The position numbers and the translations under genes are program-made. 63,139 bases of DNA from Asterias rubens (lineage: Eukaryota), in NCBI RefSeq assembly GCF_902459465.1, contig NW_022985743.1, forward strand, positions 1 through 63,139. The letters are read 5' to 3'. The notes below the pieces were generated by a model, which saw nothing but the letters and a program-made list of their open reading frames with translations, did no database searches and was not told the DNA's origin. This document shows positions 1-10,500 of the stretch, piece by piece. Numbering within the stretch: the stretch's first letter is position 1; the number at the start of each line of letters is the position of its first letter.

Positions 1-3000
1 AAAATCCCCCAATTAATTATTTTTTGTTTTTAAATCGTAAAGTGAACACTAGTAGACCAAAAATACACCTTAAAAAGGGGGAAAAGAAAGTTGAAATAAA
101 TAACACTAAAAATCCCCCATTTTTTTTTCAATCGTAAAGTGACCCCTTGTAGACCATAAATACACTCTAAAAAGGGGAAGACAAAATTGAAATAAATAAT
201 ACTGAAAATCCCCCTTTTTTATTTTTTATTTTTTAAATCGTAAAATTACCCCTTGTAGACCATAAATACACAATAAAAAGGAAAGACAAAATTGAAATAA
301 TTAATACTGAAAATCACCCAAATTTTTATTATTTTATTTTTTTAATTTAGAAGTGACCCCGGGTAGGCCAAAAATACACAAAAAAAAGGGGGAAGAGAAA
401 GTTGAAATAATTATACTGAAAATCCCCCAATTAGTTATTTTATTTTTTTTTTTTTTCAATTTAGAAGTGACCACTAGTAGACCAAAAATACACCTTAAAA
501 AGGGGGAAACGAAAGTTGAAATAAATAACACTGAAAATCCCCCATTTTTTTTTTAATTCGTAAAGTGACCCCTTGTACACCATAAATACACCATAAAAAG
601 GGGAAAGAGAAGGTTGTAATAATTAATACTGAAAATCCCCAAATTTTGAATTTTTTTTTTTTAATCATAAAGTGAGTACTAGTAGACCAAAAATACACTC
701 TAAAAAGGGGAAGACAAAATTGAAATAATTAATACTGAAAATCACCCAATTTTTTATTATTTTATTTTTTTAATTTAAAAGTGACCCCTGGTAGACCATA
801 AATACAACCTAAAAAGGGGAAAGAGAAGGTTGTAATAATTAATACTGAAAATCCCCCAATTGTTTATTTTTAAATTTTTTTAATTTAGAAGTGACCCCGG
901 GTAGACAAAAAAATACACACATAAAAGGGGGAAGAGAAAGTTGAAATTATTATACTGAAAATCCCCCAATTAATTATTTTTCGTTTTTTTTTAATTTAGA
1001 AGTGACCACTAGTAGACCAAAAATACACCTTAAAAAGGGGGAAAAGAAAATTGAAGTAAATAACACTGAAAATCCCCCATTTTTTTTTTTATCGTAAAGT
1101 GACCCCTTGTAGACCATAAATACACCCTAAAAAGGGAAGACAAAATTGAAATAAATAATACTGAAAATCCCCCTTTTTTATTTTTTTTTTTTAAATCGTA
1201 GAATTACCCCTTGTAGACCATAAATACACCATAAAAAGGGAAAACAAAATTGAAATAATTAATACTGAAAATCACCCAATTTATTTATTTTTTTATTTTT
1301 TTAATTTAAAAGTGACCCCTGGTAGACCATAAATACACCCTAAAAAGGGGAAAGAGAAGGTTGAAATAATTAATACTGAAAATCCCCCAATTCATTATTT
1401 TTTGTTTTTAAATCGTAAAGTGACCACTAGTAGACCAAAAATACACCTTTAAAAAGGGGAAAAGAAAGTTGAAATAAATAACACTGAAAATCCCCTATTT
1501 TTTTTTTATTCGTAAAGTGACCCCTTGTAGACCATAAATACACCCTAAAAAGGGGAAAGAGAAGGTTGTAATAATTAATACTGAAAATCCCCCTATTTTT
1601 TATTTTTTAATTTTTTTAATTTAGAAGTGACCCCGGGTAGGCCAAAAATACACAAAAAAAGGGGGAAGAGAAAGTTGAAATAATTATACTGAAAATCCCC
1701 CAATTAGTTATTTTTTGTGTTTTTTTTTCAATTTAGAAGTGACCACTAGTAGACCAAAAATACACCTTAAAAAGGGGGAAAAGAAAAATGAAATAAATAA
1801 TACTGAAAATCCCCCTTTTTTATTTTTTATTTTTTAAGTCGTAAAATTACCCCCTGTAGACCATAAATACACCATCAAAAGGGAAGACAAAATTGAAATA
1901 ATTAATACTGAAAATCACACAATTTTGTATTATTTCATTTTTTAAATTTTAAAGTGACCCCTGGTAGACCATAAATACACCCTAAAAAGGGGAAAGAGAA
2001 GGTTGTAATAATTAATTTTTTTTTTTTTAAATCGTAAAGTGACCACTAGTAGACCAAAAATACACCTTAAAAAAGGGGAGAAGAAAAATGAAATAAATAA
2101 TACTGAAAATCCCCCTTTTTTATTTTTTATTTTTTAAGTCGTAAAATTACCCCCTGTAGACCATAAATACACCATCAAAAGGGAAGACAAAATTGAAATA
2201 ATTAATACTGAAAATCACACAATTTTGTATTATTTCATTTTTTAAATTTTAAAGTGACCCCTGGTAGACCATAAATACACCCTAAAAAGGGGAAAGAGAA
2301 GGTTGTAATAATTAAAACTGAAAATCCCCCAATTTTTTATTTTTTAATGTTTTTTAATTTAGAAGTGACCCCGGGTAGACCAAAAATACACACAAAAAAG
2401 GCGGAAGAGAAAGTTGAAATAATTATAAATCGTAAAGTGACCCCTTGTAGACCATAAACACACCCTAAAAAGGGAAAAGAGAAGGTTGAAATACTTCATA
2501 CTGAAAATCCCCCAGTTTTTAATTTTTTAATTTATTTAATTTAGAAGTGACCCTTGGTAGACCAAAAATGCACCCTTAAAGGGGGAAGAGAAAGTTGTAA
2601 TAATTAATACTGAAAATCCCCAATTTTGTTATTTTTATTTTTCAAATTTAAAAGTGACCACTGGTAGACCAAAAACAAACCTTAAAAAGGGGAAGAGAAA
2701 GTTGAAATAATTGATACTGAAAATCTCCATATTAAAATATAAAAAAATAATTAAATCGTAAAGTGACCCCTTGTATACCATAAATACACCCTAAAAAGGG
2801 GAAAGAGAAAGTTGAAGTAATTAATACTGAAAATCCCTCAATTAATTTTTTTTTAAATCGTAAAGTGACCACTTGTAGACCAAAAATACACCCTAAAAGG
2901 GTGAAAAAGAAAGTTGAAATAATTTATACTGAAAATCCCCAAATAAAAAAATAAAAAAATAAAATCGTAAAGTGACCCCTTGTAGACCATAAATACACCC

Positions 3001-4021
3001 TTAAAAGGGAAAACAGAAAGCTAAAATAATTACTACTGAAAATTCTCCAATTTTTTATTTTGTTTATTTTTAAGTCGTAAAGTGACCCCTTGTATACCAT
3101 AAATACACCCTTAAAAGGGGGAATAGAAAGTTGAAACAATTAATACTGAACATCCTCCAATTTTTTATTTTTTTTTAATCGTAAACTTACCCCGGGTATA
3201 CCAAAAATACATCTTAAAAAGAGAGAAGAGAAAGTTGAAATAATTAATATTGAAAATCCCACAATTTTTACCTGTTTTTTTTTAAATTATAAATTGACGC
3301 CTGGTAGACCAAAACAACACCCTAAAAAGGGGGAAGAGAAAGTTGAAATAATTAATACTGAAAATCACCCATTCTTTTAATTATTTATTTTTTTAAATTG
3401 TAAAATTACCCCGGGTAGACCAAAAATACACCTTAAAAAGGGGGAAGAGAAAATTGAAATTAATAATAATGATTAAAACCCCAAAATATATATTTTTTTA
3501 ATCGTAAAGTGACCTCTGGTAGACCAAAAATGTACCCTAAAAAATAGGAAACAGAAAATAAAAAAATATAATTATCTTGTTTTTTTTAACCGTAAAGTGA
3601 CCCTATGTAGACCAAAAATACATCAACAAAAACATGGAATAATAGCTAATAATAATGACTCCCCCCCCCCCCGAGGAAAGTAAATCTTTTTTTAAATCGT
3701 AAAGTGACCCGTGGTACACCAAAAATATACCCTAAAAGGGAGAAGAGAAGGTTGAACATAATAATAATGAAAATCCAAAAATAAAATTGTCTTGTTTTGT
3801 TAATTCTAATCGTAAAGTTACACCAGGTAGACCAAAAATACACCCTAAAAGGGGGAAGATAAAGCTGAACTTATTTATAATGAAAATCCACAAATAAAAT
3901 TGTCTTGTTTTTGTTAATTCTAATCGTAAAGTTACACCAGGTAGACCAAAAATACACCCTAAAAGGGGAAGATAAAGCTGAACTTATTTATAATGAAAAT
4001 CCAAAAATAAAATTGTCTTGC
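1..4021. repeat. A-rich tandem satellite, ~105-115-bp monomer, runs off the left edge
   Basis: Core AAAGTGACCCC(T/C)(T/G)GTAGACCA(T/A)AAATACACC...GAAATAATTAATACTGAAAATCCCC recurs about every 105-115 bp (GTAGACCA near 50, 149, 254, 478, 790, 1012, 1110, 1213, 1322...). Strong A/T strand skew; monomers diverge towards 4020. Confidence 0.97.
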
Positions 4022-5384
4022 TAGATCAAAAAGGGAAACTTAAAAATAATGAAAATATTTGAAAAGTTGAATGTTTACCCCCTTCAAACCCCTCCCCCAG
4101 ACTCTCATGGGGTACACACAAACCAGACCGTTAAAACTGTATACTGCCCTCTCTGTTGAGCTTGAATACGCCCGTTATGGTTTTCTCTGAAGAATAATGT
4201 ACGACTAGCTGGATGCTGCGCTTCGCGCGGCAACCCCGCTAGGCAGGGTCACAATACAAATCACTGTGGCAAACCACCCATCCAAAGTTAAGACGAATCT
4301 TAGTGCTTTGTGAAATCGTATACTTGTCCGTCTTTTTCCGTTTCGGCATTATTTGTCGATCCCATCCATATTTTCCAGTTTCCAGCGGGTCCCGATAGTG
4401 GTGCTTTCCCAGTCCCGTTTATATCCCGTTTCATTGATTTTTTTCCCGTTCAGTTTATTATTTACCTGTCCTGTATCGTTTTCAAGTCCCTTTTCTTTTT
4501 CCCCCTCCCTATCCCGTCCCATGTCTAACCCACGCCTGCGTGCCTCCCGTACCCGCGATCCCATGCATTGGCACTGTTCTTTGCTTGCCACTGTTTACCA
4601 ATAACTCATCCAGTTTCGCGCGTGTCTTGTGGTTATTTCCCGTTTCATGGGATTGACCCCCCCCCCATTCAGTTTAATATTTTCCTACCCCATATCCCAT
4701 ACCATGATAGTCCCTTTTGCTTTTTTCAATCCATACCCCAGCCCTGTTCATTTTCCCCGTCATTTTATGTTTGCCGTTCCCCCGTCCCCGGTTCCAAAGA
4801 CGTACCACCATGTGCCCCTTCCTCCTCCTGTCCCCATCCCAAATCTATCCTGTGCCTCCTTCCCGTCATCCCGCTCGTGAATTGTTCTTTGCACTTTTTT
4901 GCCGGCCCATAACTTTCCCCGTTCCGCGCGGGTCCCGCCAGTCAGGTTGTTCTCCGTTTCGTGTATTTTTCTTCTTTGTCCAGTTTATGTTTTCCGTGTC
5001 CAATGTCATCATTAGTCCCTTTTTCTTTTTCCCCTTTTTCCCCCTTTCCGTGTTATTTTCCCCGCCCTTTTAATTTGTTCCCTTTATTTTTTGCCGTTCC
5101 CACGCCCCATTGCAACAGACGAACCACACTGCATGCCCCTTCCTTCCCCGTGTCCCACAACGTGCTCTAACCCCCACCAGTCTTCGTCCTGTCGTCGTGC
5201 CTCCCCCCATGCAGTGCTCTTTACTGTATGTATGCGCGAAGTTACTGGACGCTCGCGCTGTGATGTGACATCACAAAGGACACCTGCCCTCAATCCCAAA
5301 GTTACTACACGCTCGCGCTTTGACTGTGACGTCACAAACAACACATGCCCCCAACCCACGGGTACCCCGAAATATATTTAGCAG

Positions 5385-5838
5385 AGTGCGGGGGTGCGTT
5401 CCACTCGCGCAAACGACTCGCAACTGTTCGCGCAAACGTTTTTTTATCGTTTGAACGATTGGTGCGTATACGCTATGTCAACATGGCGGCGCCCTGAAAT
5501 GAAGATGGCGCGCACCATACGTAGGTTTTTTTTTAACTTCGTTTTTGCTGCAATAGTCCTCTTTTTGACATCATTACATCAACTAATTAACTTTGTTATT
5601 CCAAATCTGCATTATCATCCACCGAAAATACAATGTAATTATGTTTGTGACAAAGAAATAATACCGTTTGCTTGTCCGCCATTTTAAAAACCACTCGCCA
5701 ACACCTCCGAAGTATGTTCGCCTAAAGTTGCCAACGTTCGCCAACGGTGGCAGCGAACAACTCGTTCCACTTGAAATTGTTGGCGAACGTGCGCAACTGT
5801 TGGCAACGTTTGCGCGAGTGGAACGCACCCCTGGCACT
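5385..5838. mobile_element. TIR element (MITE) nested in the Helitron
   Basis: GGGGTGCGTTCCACTCGCGCAAACG (5391-5415) is the exact reverse complement of CGTTTGCGCGAGTGGAACGCACCCC (5807-5831), extending imperfectly to AGTGC/GCACT. No clean TSD. Confidence 0.75.
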
Positions 5839-5909
5839 ACTTGACGTGAAAACAACAATGGCGGCGCCCAAACAACAATGGCGGCGCCCATGCGATTTAA
5901 GCGCTATTA

Positions 5910-6138
5910 GGGTGCGGCATAAGTTCGATAAGCTTCCCTGGGTCTCCCCCGCGGGGTGCTCACTCGGGTGAGCCAATCGAACGATCACACTCGCCTCTCG
6001 TGGTAACGGCATGTACCTCAGGTCACCCCCAAGTGACCCACTCCACAAGCAGGGCACCGGGGCTGACCCCGTCAAAGCTATTCGAACGTACTGGGGCAGA
6101 CCGCCGGGCCGACCCAGGGAAGCTAAACGAACGCACCC
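5910..6138. mobile_element. Second nested MITE, PIF/Harbinger-like, 10 bp from the Helitron 5' end
   Basis: AGCTTCCCTGGGTC (5931-5944) pairs perfectly with GACCCAGGGAAGCT (6111-6124). Termini GGGTGCG/CGCACCC; flanks TTA/ATA resemble a 3-bp TWA TSD. Confidence 0.7.
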
Positions 6139-6542
6139 ATAGTATAGATATACGTAATAGCATGAAGGAATAGCAACAAGTTTCTCGTATGTGATAATAC
6201 ACCAGGGAATAAATATTAAGCATCCATTCACCAGCTAAACAGTTTATCAGTTCTCCGTTTTTAAGAAATAAATATCAAGTTGACGTCACCTCAAATGATT
6301 AATTATTGTATTTGTAAATAACACACAATACCATCGACAGAGCAGAACCACAATCAAATCGCTTACACACAACCCAGACCGTTAAAACTGTATACTGCCC
6401 TCTATTGAGCTTGAATACGCCCGTTATGTTTTTACATGTGATAGTGTTTCTCTGAAGGATGTACCCAAGATCGAGCAACAAGTTTCTCGGATCAGGGAAT
6501 AAAAAGCATTTATTCACCAGCTAAACATCTTTTCAGTTCTCT

Positions 6543-6796
6543 GCTCTCTAAATGCAAAAGAGTGAAAATGCACTCTTTGAAGAGCCATATGAAGGACAAC
6601 TCTTTTTCGAGTGGTCTTCCACTCTTTTAGATTGAAGTTTGCATCTTTTTGAGTGATTTTTCACTCTGTCCCGGAGTGAAACCCCTCTATAAAAGAGTGA
6701 AATAACCACCACTCTTTTGAAAGAGCCATAACTTTTGAATGCGGGACAACTCGAAATGTAAAAAGTGGTGTTTTCACTCTTTTACATTTACAGAGT
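6543..6796. mobile_element. TIR element with internal AAAGAGTG/CACTCTTT subrepeats
   Basis: Left GCTCTCTAAATGCAAAAGAGTGAAAA versus reverse complement of right end ACTCTGTAAATGTAAAAGAGTGAAAA. It splits the host motif CAGTTCTC|...GAAATAAATAT.AAGTTGACGTCACC, which is contiguous at 6248-6290. Confidence 0.7.
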
Positions 6797-7516
6797 TATT
6801 TTACGAAATAAATATAAAGTTGACGTCACCTCAAGTGATTAACTATTGCATTTACAAACAACATGCATTACCTTCGATATTACACGTACCTAAAATTCAT
6901 CCGCAACATCATCATCAATCTGTATAATGTTGGCGCAAATTGACTTGTTAATGTTTTGCTATAGTTATTGTAAACAAGTTTAGTGACACTGCCAATTTAA
7001 AATGTGCAAAATTCTCGTGACTAAAGATTTGCATAGGCCTAAAGCGAATTATTCTTCTAAACGTTTACTTAACGCCCGTTCGTGCCCAAAATACCCCTTG
7101 TCAAATTTCGGCAGGTGGCAAAAAAAAAAAAACGTGAATTGTTTGGCAAGTTACTTTTTTTCTGAAAAATAGAAGGCACCAAAGTCTGCCATTTGCATTG
7201 TTAAAATACCAAATGAATGAAATATAAATCAAAACAGCAATTAGCAAAATATTAAGTCGTCCTGTTTCTGATTGGCTCCTGAAAATGCCCTCACACGCGT
7301 TGTGTTCTATCGCGTAAAATTTTGTTTGCGTCGTTTTCAACGGATAAAAGTCTGTGTCGTCACAATGTGATTTTTCTTTGTTACGCACTACACCTTGTAG
7401 GTAACTAGACAGCGTCAAAACAATCTTTTGAAAGTCTTGTGTTATAAACAATATTGTTTAATTAGCATATAGACCTATACAACATAACTTTAAACTTCCT
7501 CACAAAGTTTACAAAG

Positions 7517-10500
7517 ATGGAGACTGAATCATACTCTGGTGAGGAAGAGGTCGAGGATGATCAGGACTACACTAATCCTGCTTTGAAGAAGCGCCGTGAT
7601 GCCACTGCTATTGATGCCCTACCTCCCGCGCCCGAAACTCCACCACCAACAATACCCGTACATTTGTATTTCTTCATTTGTAACTTTTCCTCATGATAGT
7701 GTTTATTGTATTTTTATATTGTTGCCTGGTTTGTGTTTGGGTTGACTTAATAGTCCTATGGATGTTAACAAGGCCAGTCCTAGTTGGACGAGGACTATAG
7801 TTTAAACTTTTTTGTGCACTCTACTCTATCCTCTAGGCCTGTGTGCTTCGTTTTTGAAAGGGAATGGGCACAAAGGCATTTTCTCCTTGGTAAAGGGCAC
7901 CCGAGGACATGGTAAATTTCTACTGGAGTATTTCAAGGGCACCAAGTCAATCGTATCTGTTGCCTCAGTGAAGAATCAGGCTTGTGTTACCATCCGTGTT
8001 TTTTTTTCTTTTTTTTCCTTTTTTTTTTTTTACTACTTATGTATGTATGACCGACATTTCCCTAAGTTTTGATGTTGTCTTATAGTCACTGTGGTTTTAC
8101 ATATGTTAATTTCTCAAACAGTCTCCAATCAATGACGACAGTAACCTGAATGATGGAGACGAAAGTGACGATGAACCGACGGGTATGAACAGTGGACAAA
8201 ACGAGGATAACGACCTCTTGGGTAACGGAGAAACCAGTAAAGAATCATCTTCTAATGATCTCAACCTGTCTGCTTCTGCCACAACGGTATATACAGGGGC
8301 GCAAAGAGCTGCACTTCAGGTAGTTGGAACACAGATGTGTTACTTTATGTATTGTTCATCAGGACCCGATTTCATAGAGCTGCTTAAGAAGGAAAAAATG
8401 TTGCTTGACACTTCTCTGCTCAGCAGAGATGAGCAGGACATGTGACATGGTAGTTTTGCTGCTTAGCTGTTATATTTTGTGTGCTTAAGCATCTCTATTG
8501 GTTCTACCCTTCTCAGAAATAGCAATTCAACGGTTTTTTTTTTACTTAAAGGGATGGTTTTGTTTGGTATTAATCAATGCTATGTATTTCATGATTATCA
8601 CCAAACGATAACCATACCTTTTATTCTACATGAATTATTGTTTGATATTTTGTAGAAAGCACTCTTGAAAGTTACAAGAATTGATACTTATCGGCAGCCA
8701 AACATCAGGCCTATTTCCGGGTCAGTGTGCCATGTCTTTTGGAGTCAAACTGACAGAAAATATACAGATTGTGAACTTATATTTAACCAAAAGTGTTGCC
8801 CAAGAACAGGGTAAATATTGTGTTGCACCATACAAGCTGACGCAAAGGATTGAACATGCAAGAAGGAAGATGAAAAACAAATTGAAGCAATTACCACACA
8901 CCTTATTACCAATGATGCCCTACTGATTTGAAATCGTAACTACACCGCGCTTAAGTGGGTGGGTTCTGAAGGAAAAAAAATCACACCTAGCTGGGTTCTG
9001 AACTTGCAGACTGCATTATGTAAAACTCATAATACGACATTTTAACAAATTAGTTTGTAAACTTTACACAACCTAGTGTGTATTTTGTTGTCTGTGTGTA
9101 GTTTTAAAGTTGAGTGTTTACCCCCTTCAAACCCCTCCCCCTAGACTCTCATGGGTACACACAAACCAGACCGTTAAAACTGTATACTGCCCTCTATTGA
9201 GCTTGAATACGCTCGTTATGCTTTTCTCTGATATGAAGAATAATGTATGCTTCACGAATAGCATGAAGGAATAGCAACAAGTTTCTCGTATGTGATAATA
9301 CATCACGGAATAAATATTAAGCATTTATTCACCAGCTAAACAGTTTATCAGTTCTCCGTTTTTAAGAAATAAATATCAAGTTGACGTCACCTCAAATGAT
9401 TAATTATTGTATTTGTAAATAACACACATTACCATCGACAGAGCAGAACCACAATCAAGTCGCTTACACACAACCCAGACCGTTAAAACTGTATACTGCC
9501 CTCTATTGAGCTTGAAAACGCCCGTTATGTTTTACATGCCCTACTGATCTGAAATCGTATACGGATCACTTTTTGGTTATTTAACAAAATGCATAGACGA
9601 TTTCTTAACAAATCATCAACTTGTTTTTGATGAGGGTTGTTTGTTCATGCATTTTGCAATTTAAGTTTAGACGGTGTTTTTTATCTTTCTACATAGTCGG
9701 CAAGGACACCACTGGAAAGATTTCGAGCCATTGCTCAGACCATCAAGCATAACTTGAAATGGGCTAAGATGCTCTCTTTACCGAAGCAAGACGATCAACA
9801 GAAATCTCAGTTCACCGTCGAACACGAAGACGGTACGAGATTTAACAACTAACTATATAATTGAGCTTCCACAACGATGAAACTAAATAATTCTGATAAT
9901 ACCCATTTAGTGTAAAGTTGTAGTTCTTCGTTTGTGACTTTTTTGTGGCCAGTTTAATAATGTAGTAACTTAATGTTCTTTCCAAGAAACACAATATTAA
10001 AATGTGTCTTCTAAAGCTAATTTCTGTCGGTATGCGGCCTGGGCCCAACTTCATAAAGCTGTTGATCTATGAGCAGAAAATTCTAGTTTGAAAATTCCTT
10101 CGCTAAGCAATACATGAGTGGGGTACCATTCACGGCAATGGTAAATGCACGGTATTTTGGCTGGTAACCTAATTTTGCCAAGAAAGAGCTTTCAAGAAAG
10201 TTGTTGTGCTTACTTGCTTTGAGAATTTGGGGTCCGATTGTTAATTTTAATTTTGTGAAAAACAATATGATTGTAACATACAGGTCCCGATACAAGTCTG
10301 ACATTCAACGTGAATGCCTTCAAGGCGAACGTTCAGACGGTAAATACACTTCCCACTGCCGTCAAGCTTATACTCAGGAAGAACCCTTGGGAAAGAACAA
10401 CGGCAGATTTGGCTTACGTCTTTAGTTTCATCGACAAGGCAGGTCCTTTGAACATAATCTATACAAATAAAGAGATGACAGAACCACAGTGCCAATACAA

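Larger units (their letters stand above)
4205..6148 (-). mobile_element. Non-autonomous Helitron (1944 bp)
   Basis: On the minus strand it starts A|TCTATACTA (6148) and ends TGCCGCGC-GAA-GCGCAGCA hairpin, TCCAG, CTAG|T (4205). It is inserted between A and T with no TSD, and the flanks rejoin to the copy at 9107-9538. No Rep/helicase ORF. Confidence 0.88.
4064..6438 (+). repeat. ~430-bp dispersed repeat copy interrupted by the Helitron (host = 4064-4204 + 6149-6438)
   Basis: The two halves join to match 9107-9538 colinearly (AAGTTGA.TGTTTACCCCCTTCAAACCCCTCCCC...GAAGAATAATGTA / AATAGCATGAAGGAATAGCAACAAG...CCCGTTATGTTTT). A further partial unit continues at 6375-6880. Confidence 0.9.

Noticed and set aside
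334-5891. ORF-track entries in the satellite and Helitron
   Set aside because: Low-complexity products of skewed composition; no Rep or helicase motifs.
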